Positions 53,947 to 63,475 of a DNA stretch of 64,000 nucleotides are shown piece after piece. The position numbers and the translations under genes were made by a program. Source of the DNA: Actinomycetes bacterium (GTDB lineage Bacteria; Actinomycetota; Acidimicrobiia; Acidimicrobiales; Acidimicrobiaceae); the NCBI GenBank assembly GCA_021819205.1, contig JAKARV010000009.1, positions 2,880 to 66,879 on the forward strand, read 5' to 3'. The notes under the pieces are model-generated. The model made no database searches and was not told the DNA's origin. It was given only the letters and a program-made list of their open reading frames with translations. Each line of letters opens with the position of its first letter. Position 1 is the first letter of the stretch.

Positions 53947-54569
53947 TCCGGGTTGTCATCGTCGACGACCATCCGATAGTGCGGCGCGGACTGGCGCAGG
54001 TCTTCTCCCACGCCCCGGACATGATCATCGTCGGGGAGGCGAGCGGGGTCTTAGACGCCCGTCCCCTGATCGAACGAGAGGAGCCGGACGTGATCTGCTC
54101 GGACCTCAAGCTCGCCGACGGGGATGGCACCGATCTCATCGGCTGGGTTAGCCGCCGGGGGAGGGGCGTTCCGCTGGTTCTGACCACCTACGACCAGCCC
54201 GCTCTAGCCCGTTCCGCCATCGTAGCCGGGGCCCGCGGATACCTCCTCAAGGACGCCGGCGAGGAGCTGCTCTTCGATGCGGTCAGGGCGGTAGCCGCGG
54301 GATCCACCTACTTCGCCACCTCGATCAGCAAGAGGCTTGGGGACGTGGTCGATACCGAGGTAATCCTCTCCGAGCGGGAGATCGAGGTCCTGAGGCTGGC
54401 ATCGCAAGGATCGACAAACCAGATGATTGCGCGCAGCCTTGGGATTCACGAGGGGACGGTGAAGACCTACTTCGCCAGGGTTTTTGCCAAGCTGGACGTG
54501 AATACCCGGGCCCAAGCCGTCGCCACGGCCCTCCAACGCGGCTTCATCCTCTCCGAGCCCAGGGAGTGA
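53943..54569 (+). CDS. Response regulator, NarL/LuxR family
   Basis: VIRVVIVDDHPIVRRG REC domain plus LuxR HTH (LSEREIEVLRLASQGSTNQMIA). GTGA overlap with the kinase stop. Confidence 0.85.
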   Translation: MIRVVIVDDHPIVRRGLAQVFSHAPDMIIVGEASGVLDARPLIEREEPDVICSDLKLADGDGTDLIGWVSRRGRGVPLVLTTYDQPALARSAIVAGARGYLLKDAGEELLFDAVRAVAAGSTYFATSISKRLGDVVDTEVILSEREIEVLRLASQGSTNQMIARSLGIHEGTVKTYFARVFAKLDVNTRAQAVATALQRGFILSEPRE

Positions 54570-54691
54570 TGGCACAACTACCTTTGGCTGTGTTGCCGGT
54601 GTGTTAAACCGGCGCCCCCGACGGCCGAATCGGAGCTAGCGCCGTGGCTATCCTGGCAAGCAGGCGCCGGGGATTAGTTGAGGAGGGCGTC

Positions 54692-54994
54692 GTGCTCCTG
54701 ACCGAGAGAGACAAAGAGAAGCTGCTGATGGTTGTGGCGGGCGACCTTGCTCGCCGGCGGCTCCAGCGTGGTCTTGCCCTCAACTACCCGGAGTCGGTTG
54801 CCCTGATCTCGTGCGAACTTCTGGAGCAAGCGCGAGAGGGGGTCGGTGTAGCCGAGCTGATGGTAGCTGGCACCCGTATCCTCCGCCGCGACCAGGTCAT
54901 GGAGGGGGTGCCCGAGATGGTTGACGAGGTGCAGATAGAAGCGACTTTTCCCGACGGCACCAAGCTCGTGACCGTGCACAACCCGATCCGATAA
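54692..54994 (+). CDS. ureA: Urease gamma subunit
   Basis: 100 aa from the GTG at 54692, with GAGGAGG 6 nt upstream. [11 protein letters not shown]...RRLQRGL.LNYPE motif. Confidence 0.9.
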   Translation: MLLTERDKEKLLMVVAGDLARRRLQRGLALNYPESVALISCELLEQAREGVGVAELMVAGTRILRRDQVMEGVPEMVDEVQIEATFPDGTKLVTVHNPIR

Positions 54995-55009
54995 GAGGCG
55001 GTACGCAGG

Positions 55010-55288
55010 ATGATTCCGGGTGAATACCTGCTGGAGGAGGGCGAGATCGTTCTCAACTCCGGAGCCGTCGAAGTCGAGATCGAGGTTTTTAACTCCGGCG
55101 ATCGGCCGGTACAGGTGGGGTCGCACTTTCACTTTGCCGAGGTGAATGAGGCGCTGCTCTTCGATCGCGCCGCTGCCCACGGGCACCGCTTGGGCATCGC
55201 GTCCGGGACCGCCGTGCGCTTCGAACCGGGCCAGACTCGCCGCGTCGTGCTCATCGGCTTCACCGGTGGCGAAGCCGAGGGGCGGTGA
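55010..55288 (+). CDS. ureB: Urease beta subunit
   Basis: 92 aa. MIPGEY...[16 protein letters not shown]. Confidence 0.9.
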   Translation: MIPGEYLLEEGEIVLNSGAVEVEIEVFNSGDRPVQVGSHFHFAEVNEALLFDRAAAHGHRLGIASGTAVRFEPGQTRRVVLIGFTGGEAEGR

Positions 55289-56991
55289 CGGTGCGGATTA
55301 CGCGTTCTGAGTACGCGGCCCACTACGGGCCTACCACCGGCGACCGGGTGCGGCTGGCCGACACCAGCCTGGTGGTGGAGGTGGAGTTCGACCTCACCAC
55401 ATACGGCGAGGAGGCCAAGTTCGGAGGCGGCAAGACCATCCGCGACGGGATGGGGCAGAACCCGGTGATAACCCGCGCTGGGGGCGCTCCCGACCTGGTG
55501 ATCACCAACGCGCTGATTGTAGATGCCAACGGCATCTACAAGGCGGATGTCGCCGTGCGCGACGGCATGATCGCCGCCATTGGCCACGCCGGCAACTCGT
55601 TGGTCTCAAGGGGCGTGGATATCGAGATCGGCGCGAGCACCGAGATCATCGCCGGGGAGGGGATGATCTTGACTGCGGGGGGCGTCGACAGCCATGTCCA
55701 CTTCATCTCCGCCGACCAAGTCGCCACCGCGGTCTCGTCGGGAGTGACGACCATGCTCGGAGGCGGGACAGGCCCGGCCACCGGGACCAACGCCACGACG
55801 GTGACCCCGGGATCCTGGTACCTTGCCCGGATGATGGAGGCGGTCGATGGACTGCCGGTGAACGTTGGTTTCATGGGCAAGGGCAACTCCTCGTCGCACG
55901 AGGCGATTCGGGAACAGGTGCTGGCCGGAGCGATGGGGTTGAAGCTCCACGAAGACTGGGGTTCGACGCCACGAGCGATACGCACCTGCCTGGACATTGC
56001 CGAGGAGGCCGACGTCCAAGTGGCGATCCATACCGACACTCTCAACGAGGCAGGGTTTGTCGAAACCACCATCGAGGCGGTTGCCGGACGGACCATCCAC
56101 GCCTTCCACACCGAGGGAGCCGGCGGGGGCCACGCGCCCGACATCATCAAGGTGGCGGGGTTGGCGAACTTCCTCCCCTCCTCTACCAACCCGACCAGGC
56201 CGTTTACGGTTAACACGATCGAAGAACATCTGGACATGTTGATGGTCTGCCACCACTTGGACCGCGGGGTCGCCGAAGACGTGGCCTTTGCCGACTCCCG
56301 GATCCGGCCCGAGACCATAGCCGCCGAGGACGTGCTCCACGATCTGGGGGCAATCTCGATGATCTCCTCGGACTCCCAGGCCATGGGTCGGGTGGGGGAG
56401 GTAGTCGTAAGGACGTGGCAGACCGCGCACAAGATGAAGCTGGAGCGCGGCGCGGCAGAGGGGGACTCGGATCGCGCCGACAACCAGCGGGTGAAGCGGT
56501 ACATCGCCAAGTACACCATCAACCCGGCCATAGCCGCCGGGATCGGCGAGTACGTCGGTTCGGTAGAGGTGGGCAAGCTTGCCGACCTCGTCCTCTGGAA
56601 GCCTCCGTTCTTCGGAGTCCGGCCGGAGATGGTGATCAAGTCGGGGATGATCTGCCACTCGCCGAGCGGGGATCCGAACGCCTCGATTCCGACCCCTCAA
56701 CCCCGCCTCTACAAGCCCCAGTTCGGCTCGATGGGCCGGGCGGCGCCGGCCCTCGGGGCGACGTTCGTCTCGGCGCCAAGTCTGGAAGCGGGTACGCTCC
56801 CGGCGTCCGGACGGCGGTACTTGCCGGTGAGGAGTACCAGAAGCATCTCCAAGGCGGACATGGTGCATAACGCCAGGACCGGCGTGATCGAAGTGAATCC
56901 GCAGACCTACGAGGTCCGGCTGGACGGGGAGATCATGACCTCGCTCCCGGCAACCGAGCTTCCGATGACGCAGCGGTACTTCCTCTTTTAG
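55285..56991 (+). CDS. ureC: Urease alpha subunit
   Basis: 568 aa. [19 protein letters not shown] and [17 protein letters not shown] nickel-site motifs. Confidence 0.95.
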   Translation: MTVRITRSEYAAHYGPTTGDRVRLADTSLVVEVEFDLTTYGEEAKFGGGKTIRDGMGQNPVITRAGGAPDLVITNALIVDANGIYKADVAVRDGMIAAIGHAGNSLVSRGVDIEIGASTEIIAGEGMILTAGGVDSHVHFISADQVATAVSSGVTTMLGGGTGPATGTNATTVTPGSWYLARMMEAVDGLPVNVGFMGKGNSSSHEAIREQVLAGAMGLKLHEDWGSTPRAIRTCLDIAEEADVQVAIHTDTLNEAGFVETTIEAVAGRTIHAFHTEGAGGGHAPDIIKVAGLANFLPSSTNPTRPFTVNTIEEHLDMLMVCHHLDRGVAEDVAFADSRIRPETIAAEDVLHDLGAISMISSDSQAMGRVGEVVVRTWQTAHKMKLERGAAEGDSDRADNQRVKRYIAKYTINPAIAAGIGEYVGSVEVGKLADLVLWKPPFFGVRPEMVIKSGMICHSPSGDPNASIPTPQPRLYKPQFGSMGRAAPALGATFVSAPSLEAGTLPASGRRYLPVRSTRSISKADMVHNARTGVIEVNPQTYEVRLDGEIMTSLPATELPMTQRYFLF

Positions 56992-56993
56992 CC

Positions 56994-57689
56994 ATGGAAG
57001 CTGCCGCAACCGGATGCACCGCAGAGACGATTGCGAGGATGCACTACTTCTTTGATGCAACCTTTCCAACCGGGGCTTACGCGCACAGCTTCGGCTTCGA
57101 GAGCTTCGTGGTGGCGGCGGCCCCGGCTACGGTCGAAGGCGCCGGCCGCTGGATACGGGAGTTTCTCGCCTTCGCGCTCTGGCCCGCGGATCTGGAGGTC
57201 ATAAGCCGGACACTGGAGTCGGGGTTGGATGGGCGTGAAGGTGGCGGCCTGTTCGACCTAGACCGCAGGTTGCACGCCTCCCGGTCCACCGCGGAAGCAC
57301 GGCTCGCCGCCTGCAGGCTGTCTGCCTCGATTCGCGCCGCCGCTACCTGCGCCTACCCGGAACTTCAACTTCCCGGGGTGGCCGCGGGGTTTAAGGAGCC
57401 GGCGTCCGCGGTAGCCGTGGTCGCGCTCTCGCTGGGGTGGCCGGAGTTGCAGACGCGCCTTCTCTACCTTGTCTCCCAGGTGGTATCGCTGGCGTCGGTA
57501 CTGGTCCGGCACGGCCGGCTTGGCCAATCCGGCCAGCTGCAGCTGGTGGAGGGGTTGAACGCGGAGTGCGCCAGGCTGGCGGCGACTCGACCGGACGGAG
57601 CCCAGCTGGCGGCGCCGGCTTTCAACTGGTCATTGGAGCGGGATCAGATCCACCACGTGACGCTCTCGCCGCGTCTCTACCAGTCGTGA
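56994..57689 (+). CDS. ureF: Urease accessory protein UreF
   Basis: 231 aa. [13 protein letters not shown] motif; position between ureC and ureG. Confidence 0.8.
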   Translation: MEAAATGCTAETIARMHYFFDATFPTGAYAHSFGFESFVVAAAPATVEGAGRWIREFLAFALWPADLEVISRTLESGLDGREGGGLFDLDRRLHASRSTAEARLAACRLSASIRAAATCAYPELQLPGVAAGFKEPASAVAVVALSLGWPELQTRLLYLVSQVVSLASVLVRHGRLGQSGQLQLVEGLNAECARLAATRPDGAQLAAPAFNWSLERDQIHHVTLSPRLYQS

Positions 57690-57703
57690 TCAAGGAGGTT
57701 GAT

Positions 57704-58336
57704 ATGGAAAGAGCAGCCGATGCGGGAATCCTCTCCATCAAGGCGCCGCTTACGGTCGGGGTAGGGGGGCCGGTTGGCTCCGGCAAGACCATGCTGGTGC
57801 GCCGGCTTGTCGAGTCGATGAGCGCAGAGCTGTCGATCGGCGTGGTGACCAACGACATCTACACCAAGGAGGATGCGGAGTTCCTCTGGCGCCTGGAGAT
57901 CCTCGACCCCGACCGGATCGTCGGTGTCGAGACCGGCGGCTGCCCGCACTCGGCGATCAGGGACGACGTCTCGATGAACCTCGCCGCGGTGGGCGAACTT
58001 CGGGCGCGCCACCGGGATCTGGATCTGATCCTGGTGGAGTCGGGAGGCGACAACCTTACCGCTTCCTTCTCCCCCGATCTCGCCTCGGTCTCGATCTACG
58101 TCATCGACGTGGCCCAGGGCGACAAGATCCCGCGCAAGGGAGGACCGGGTCTCACCCACTCGGACCTGCTGGTTATCAACAAGATCTCCCTTGCCGGTTA
58201 CGTCGGTGCCGACCTCGAGGTGATGGGCCGTGACTCGGCTGCGCTTCGGGGCGGCCTTCCTGCCGTCTTCGCCGATCTCGCCACACTGGTCGGGTTGGAG
58301 GAGATAATCGGCTGGCTCCGCCGGCAGCTGAGGTAG
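57704..58336 (+). CDS. ureG: Urease accessory GTPase UreG
   Basis: [13 protein letters not shown]-loop, ETGGCPH and ESGGDN motifs. AAGGAGG SD before the ATG at 57704. Confidence 0.9.
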   Translation: MERAADAGILSIKAPLTVGVGGPVGSGKTMLVRRLVESMSAELSIGVVTNDIYTKEDAEFLWRLEILDPDRIVGVETGGCPHSAIRDDVSMNLAAVGELRARHRDLDLILVESGGDNLTASFSPDLASVSIYVIDVAQGDKIPRKGGPGLTHSDLLVINKISLAGYVGADLEVMGRDSAALRGGLPAVFADLATLVGLEEIIGWLRRQLR

Positions 58337-58338
58337 GC

Positions 58339-59130
58339 GTGGTTCAACCGGATTCGCTACTGGAAATCGAGGTTGACGGAACCGGTGCTGCGGCCGTCCA
58401 CCGGACCGGGCAGTTCCGAATCTCGCGCCGCTGTGGCGCCCTGCACGGGCTCCCCCTCTACCTGATCACCGAGGTGGGTCCCGGCCTATTCCCCGGTGAG
58501 CGCCACGAGATCCGGATCCGTGTCCGGGAGTCAGCGCGGGTGGCGATCGCCGGACAGTCGGCCCTCAAGATCCACGCCGGGGAGGCCGCGTTGCCAGCGG
58601 TGTTGCGAGTCCAAATCGAGGTGGAGCGTGGGGCGACCCTGCTTTTCATGCCGGAGCCGGTGGTCGGGTACTCCGGCTCCCGTCTCGACTCCGCTACCGA
58701 TATCGACGCCGATGCCGGCGCAATCGCCGCTGTCGGCGAGATCATCGCCCACCCGGCATCCACTCCGCACTTTGGCGCTCCTCTCCTCCTCTCCACTACG
58801 GCTACCATCCGTTTGGGCGGCGATTTGGCGATGGCCGACCGCTTCTCCTCTTTTGGCGACCCGGTTTTCACCCCGGCGGAGGCGTGGTTGCGGGCTACCG
58901 GCGGCGGGTGCGTCGGATCGCTCTACCTCTTGGGAATGGAGCCTCCCGCGTCAAAGGCTTGTGCCGCTGGACCGGCTGAGACCCTTCTCGCCACTCCGAT
59001 AGAGAAGGTGTCGGTGCTCCGGGTTCGGGCTCCTGAGGCCGACCGGATCCAGGCGGTCTTCCGGGAGTACGCGGCTTCGCTGTTTGAGGTAGGCCAAAGC
59101 GCGGTTAACGCTGGCGCAATGGCGCCGTAA
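58339..59130 (+). CDS. ureD: Urease accessory protein UreD/UreH
   Basis: 263 aa. The call rests mainly on position after ureG and a UreD-like beta-rich composition. Confidence 0.7.
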   Translation: MVQPDSLLEIEVDGTGAAAVHRTGQFRISRRCGALHGLPLYLITEVGPGLFPGERHEIRIRVRESARVAIAGQSALKIHAGEAALPAVLRVQIEVERGATLLFMPEPVVGYSGSRLDSATDIDADAGAIAAVGEIIAHPASTPHFGAPLLLSTTATIRLGGDLAMADRFSSFGDPVFTPAEAWLRATGGGCVGSLYLLGMEPPASKACAAGPAETLLATPIEKVSVLRVRAPEADRIQAVFREYAASLFEVGQSAVNAGAMAP

Positions 59131-59235
59131 CACCGGTGGCGTAAGCTCTGCTTCGGCGCCTTTTGTGCCGGATCTTGCAAGGAGGAGCATGGGAGTCTTG
59201 GGAGCGCTGCCGGTGGCAGCCGGAGGAGGAGAAGT

Positions 59236-59658
59236 TTGGTGGCGGCGATGAGCGGTCCCATCGTGCGCACCGTGCTGGGACCGGTGTCCGGCGTGCCGCT
59301 TCCGGTAGCCCCGTACAGCCACGCTGTCGCCTATGGGGGGTTAATCTACATCACCGGCCAGATGCCGATCGACCCCGAGACGGGAGAGCTGGTGCCAGGG
59401 GGAATCGTGGCCCAGACGCGGCAGGTGATGGAGAATTTGAAGGCGGTTCTTTCCGCCGTGGGTTCCAGGCTGGAGCGCGCCCTCTACGTCAGGGCGTACC
59501 TCACCTCCATGGAGCTTTACGCCGACTTCAACTCCGCCTACGCCGCCTACTTTGACGCGAAACTCTTGCCAGCGCGGACTTGCGTTGCGGTGAGCGGGAT
59601 GGCTGTGGGCGCTGACGTCGAGATCGATATGGTGGCTGCCGAGGGAGAGAGCGCATGA
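59236..59658 (+). CDS. RidA/YjgF-family reactive-intermediate deaminase
   Basis: PYSHAV..GGLIYITGQ.P.DPETGELV...RTCV.V..L..GA.VEI pattern. Confidence 0.8.
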   Translation: MVAAMSGPIVRTVLGPVSGVPLPVAPYSHAVAYGGLIYITGQMPIDPETGELVPGGIVAQTRQVMENLKAVLSAVGSRLERALYVRAYLTSMELYADFNSAYAAYFDAKLLPARTCVAVSGMAVGADVEIDMVAAEGESA

Positions 59659-60740
59659 CCCCTACCCACGTAGCATCCCGGATGGGGAACGTCCTCTGGG
59701 GGCTCCTTCCCAGCGAGCACGACCCCTTTGTCGCCAAGATCCGCTCCGGCGATGTCATCACCGTTGACGCACTCTCCCACGAGGGGATAATGGAGGATCA
59801 GGGGCGCGATCCACGGCGCTGGCTAGAGTCGCGCGGTCTCGACCCGTCGCTGGTGCTGCCGGACGCGGTCGAGATTGCTGGCGAGTATCCGGGGCGCGAT
59901 CCGCTTGCCGACGGGCCGCACGTGGTCACCGGCCCGATCGGAGTGGAGGGCGCGGAGCCAGGAGATGTCTTGAGGGTCGACTACCTCGAGCTTTTGCCGA
60001 GGACCCCCTTTGGTGTGGTCTCCTCGCGACACGGCTACGGGGCGCTCCCGGGGGAGTATCCGCTCGAGAGCACGGTTCCGCTCGGCGATCCGGAGATCGA
60101 GTGGCCGGGCTTGGTGAGCGTGCTCTGCTCACTCGAGGGGGATCGCGGGAGCGAGAGGCTGCTGATCAAGCCCAGGGGAGCGCTGCCGGCGATTGAACTT
60201 CCCTTTGCGCCCTTCCTGGGACTGGTGGGTGTCGTTCCGGCCGGCACCGGGCGCCTGAACTCGATACCCCCGTCCGACTACGGCGGCAACATGGACATCA
60301 GGGACCTGGTAACCGGAACCTCCCTCTACCTTCCTGTCCAAATCGAGGGGGCCGGACTCTACTTGGGCGACCCGCACTACGCCCAGGGACACGGAGAGGT
60401 TGCACTCACCGCCGTTGAAGCCTCGCTCGCCGCGACCATCAGGGTTTCGGTGTTGAAGGGAGCGGCGGCCACCTCCCTGGTGGGCGCGCTCACCACTCCC
60501 TTCGGCGAGAGCGCTACCCACTGGTTTTGCGTCGGGATGGATCGCGACCTTGACGAAGCGATGCGCCGGTCGGTGCGGGAGGCGCTTCGCTTCCTGCGGG
60601 AGCGTTTCTCCATCCCTACCGAGGAGGCGTACGCCTACCTGAGCGCAGCGGCCGACTTCGTGGTCACCCAGGTGGTGGACGGGGTGAAGGGAGTCCACTG
60701 CCAGCTCCGGAAGCAGGACTTTCGCTCCTACCTGGTGTAG
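59655..60740 (+). CDS. Acetamidase/formamidase-family amidohydrolase
   Basis: 361 aa. GGNMDIRDL....LYLPV...GAGLYLGDPHYAQGHGE motif. ATGA overlap with the RidA gene. Confidence 0.8.
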   Translation: MTPTHVASRMGNVLWGLLPSEHDPFVAKIRSGDVITVDALSHEGIMEDQGRDPRRWLESRGLDPSLVLPDAVEIAGEYPGRDPLADGPHVVTGPIGVEGAEPGDVLRVDYLELLPRTPFGVVSSRHGYGALPGEYPLESTVPLGDPEIEWPGLVSVLCSLEGDRGSERLLIKPRGALPAIELPFAPFLGLVGVVPAGTGRLNSIPPSDYGGNMDIRDLVTGTSLYLPVQIEGAGLYLGDPHYAQGHGEVALTAVEASLAATIRVSVLKGAAATSLVGALTTPFGESATHWFCVGMDRDLDEAMRRSVREALRFLRERFSIPTEEAYAYLSAAADFVVTQVVDGVKGVHCQLRKQDFRSYLV

Positions 60741-60932
60741 TCTTTGGCGTGAGCGGGATGCAAGGATTCTGGCAGGTTTCGGGCGATACCGGGAGTCCGG
60801 CGTAGGCTGGCGCGGTGTCATGGTGAATGTGGCTCGCAAGGCACCCACGCGCACGCGGCTTGCCGGTGATTGCGGGGCCGCACTCTCTTGGCGCAGGTCG
60901 TCAGCTGGACCAAAGTTGTTTGTTTTTGGCAC

Positions 60933-62063
60933 CTAGGAGCGTTGGTTGAGCATCGTCGCCACCGCCCTGGCTTGCTCGAGTGCGGCCAAGGAACTCGGGC
61001 CGGTTGCGGTGACGTGCCCGACGACCCCGTTGGGCCGGGACCCGCCGTACAGATGAATTGTGGTCCCTGGCTGTGTCGCCATCCGGGCTCGGTGCAGCAG
61101 GGCGCTGTTGCCCTGGCCGTCGTTGGGGATGTATACGGTTGCCGCCGGACTCTTCAGGCCCGCCGGTGCCAGCTTCCAATCCAGTATCCCCCTTAGGTGC
61201 TGGTGAAACTGGGAAGTCGTGCACGCCTCCAATGTCAGGTCGCCGAAGTGGTGGGGGCGGAGCGCGACTTCGTTGATGAAGACCTCCCCTTGGGTAGAGA
61301 CCAGGAAGGTCACCGCGCCGATTCCCGAGACTTCCAGCCAGGAGAGCAGCGATTCGGCGAGCCGGCTCGACCTTTGGACGATCGCTTCGGGAAGCTCTGC
61401 GGGTATGGTCAACTCCCGATACAAGCCCATCGCGCCGTGGGTCGCGATCGGCGGGTAGGTGACCGACTGGCCGGAGGAGTTCCGGGCAACCAGAACGACG
61501 CACTCGGTGGCGACTTCGATATGCCGCTCCGCGATCCAGCTGATCCGCGGGTTGCCCAGGTTCTCGCCGAGGACGCGTTGGGCGTTCCTCCGGGTAACGA
61601 AGATCCGGGTGTTGCGGCTGCCGTAGCCGCTTTCCCTGGCTTTGAGGAGTACTGGCCACCCGTGCTCGCCGGCAAAGGCAAAAACGTCCTCCTGACGGGT
61701 GATCGGCGCTCGTTGTGGGACCGGGACCCCCGTTTCACCGATCGCCGGGAGCAAGTTGTGAAGCTCGAGCCGGTCCGCGGTGATGGCGAGCGCCTTGGCG
61801 TGCGGGCGGAGCACGAATCCTTCCCTCTCCAGCCGCCAGAGATGCACCAGCGGCACAGTCTCCTGGCTGATGGTGGTCACTGTACCGTTGCGCCCCGCTG
61901 CGACCAGATCCGGATATCGGCGCGGCGTGCCGATGGTGTACTCCGCTCCGGCCGCGACTGCCGGGTCGCTTCGGGTCGCCGCGAGCACGTGGAGTCCGAT
62001 CCGGTAGTCGAGCGCCGCCCGGTAGGTCAGCTCCGCCAGTTGCCCCGCTCCAATCATCACCAC
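60933..62063 (-). CDS. ATP-grasp enzyme, PurK-like (N5-carboxyaminoimidazole ribonucleotide synthase family), divergent
   Basis: VVMIGAGQLA start, ATP-grasp core, INEVALRPHHFG and GHVTATG motifs resemble PurK but deviate from the consensus (GGGQLGRM, HNSGH). The start is set at the GTG at 62063, downstream of the P-II-like gene; the ORF opens at 62228. Confidence 0.6.
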   Translation of the reverse strand: MVMIGAGQLAELTYRAALDYRIGLHVLAATRSDPAVAAGAEYTIGTPRRYPDLVAAGRNGTVTTISQETVPLVHLWRLEREGFVLRPHAKALAITADRLELHNLLPAIGETGVPVPQRAPITRQEDVFAFAGEHGWPVLLKARESGYGSRNTRIFVTRRNAQRVLGENLGNPRISWIAERHIEVATECVVLVARNSSGQSVTYPPIATHGAMGLYRELTIPAELPEAIVQRSSRLAESLLSWLEVSGIGAVTFLVSTQGEVFINEVALRPHHFGDLTLEACTTSQFHQHLRGILDWKLAPAGLKSPAATVYIPNDGQGNSALLHRARMATQPGTTIHLYGGSRPNGVVGHVTATGPSSLAALEQARAVATMLNQRS

Positions 62064-62122
62064 CTTGGCGGCGAGCGCTTCCGGGCGGGCTCTTGCGGTC
62101 CGGCCGATATCGCTGGTTGCGG

Positions 62123-62422
62123 TCACTGGAAGGGCTCCGGCCGGCTCACCGACGTGTCGGAGACGAACCTTTTTTCCGAGTGCCGCTTGGGCAGGAGTTG
62201 TATCGCTTCGATGGGCGTTCCCGCCCACCGGTTGGGGACGGCGGCCGCGAGCATGCTGGGCGTGCTCCTTTCCTTGAAGAGCGGGCGGCCCTGACGATAG
62301 CCGCGGTGGCCGCGCCCGGAGACCCCGGCCACCGCCGCAATGCCGGTGGCTCCAACCTCCGAGAACATGCCCGTGATCCCGGAGACGTCGTCCCCGGCCA
62401 CCACTACTTCCACCTTGGTCAT
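62123..62422 (-). CDS. P-II-like small signalling protein (the type usually paired with DUF1538 membrane proteins)
   Basis: 99 aa from the Met at 62422. MTKVEVVVAGDDV..I...F.EVGATG......VSGRG resembles the P-II beta-alpha-beta fold start. Confidence 0.5.
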   Translation of the reverse strand: MTKVEVVVAGDDVSGITGMFSEVGATGIAAVAGVSGRGHRGYRQGRPLFKERSTPSMLAAAVPNRWAGTPIEAIQLLPKRHSEKRFVSDTSVSRPEPFQ

Positions 62423-62732
62423 CTGGGTCAAGCTCCAGCTGCTGTCCACGGATGGAAACCTCCTACTGGGCGTCGCGTGCCGGGAGCCAAATTGTCCAGG
62501 TTCCATTTCGGATGCGAATGTTTTACGGTTCGTCCTTCCAGTCTTTGGCGGCCAGGTGCACCAATTCTTCGTTCAACAGCTTTCCGAGGACGGCGTTGCG
62601 GGCCACGACGCTTAGGAGATGCATGGATTCGTGAAAGGGTTGGTTGCCGCAGCGCACCGAGTGCAACGGGAGGCCGGCTTCGAGATCCCGCCTGCTCCCG
62701 GGACCGCGCCGATTCCTCCCACGATGTTGCGC

Positions 62733-63218
62733 TCACCCGCAGCTGCCAGCAGTTGCACCCGGCGACAAAGGCGGTGGCGTTTGGGGGCTCCGGCAGCAGT
62801 TTCGTGCATCGGGAACCTCCGCACTAGCGGCAAAGGCCAGCGCGGAGGCCGCGACGCCGACGGTGGCCCGTGTGCCAAGGGAGGGGATGGCGAAGGGCGC
62901 GACCGGCGGATTCTTTCGGCGTATTTGGAGTCTCGAGCCGAGGAAGAGGGTGGCTTTGGCGCGGGGGTGGCCCAACAGGTGGACCAGTGCCGCAAGGTAG
63001 GCGCCAATGATGCACTTGGCGATCATTAACTTCAGCTGGCTCATAGTGGAGAAGATCACGGACTTTTCGATGTTGGACCCTCCGGTTGCGGCTTTTGCAG
63101 CAAATATCGCGGCGTTGGCCGGGATGGCAAAGGCAACTGCTACCGCCGCGGCAAGCAGAGGGAGCGCCGCGCTGGTGAATGCAAGTTGGCCGATTGACCC
63201 GGTAACCTGGTACATCAC
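62733..63218 (-). CDS. Hydrophobic membrane protein (DUF1538-like?), possibly truncated or frameshifted at its 3' end
   Basis: 161-aa ORF. The first ~130 residues are TM-like; the last ~30 (ARNCCRSPQTPPPLSPG...) look out-of-frame. An unexplained 310-bp gap separates it from the P-II-like gene. Confidence 0.35.
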   Translation of the reverse strand: MMYQVTGSIGQLAFTSAALPLLAAAVAVAFAIPANAAIFAAKAATGGSNIEKSVIFSTMSQLKLMIAKCIIGAYLAALVHLLGHPRAKATLFLGSRLQIRRKNPPVAPFAIPSLGTRATVGVAASALAFAASAEVPDARNCCRSPQTPPPLSPGATAGSCG

Positions 63219-63475
63219 TAGCCCTTCGGCTGGCTGGCAGCCAATTTCGCTTGGCGGGCGATATATACGAAGACCATCACGTGAACAATAGTACGTGTTA
63301 TATAACGGGCAAGCTTAATTGCGAGAAAATTTTGAGTCACGGATCGATTTTGGAAGGCGCGGATCGGGGGCCTTGTTTGCAGGGTTTCAGGTTTGCGTTC
63401 CGGTCTTGCGCAAGTACCGCTTCTGGGACTTTTCCAGGCGCGCGAACGGAGTGCAGATGGTGATCGTGGATGAGC

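Noticed and set aside
55536-57069. Two long ORFs (367 and 487 aa) antisense to ureC/ureF
   Set aside because: These are shadow frames of a highly conserved urease gene, with low-complexity Arg/Pro-rich translations.
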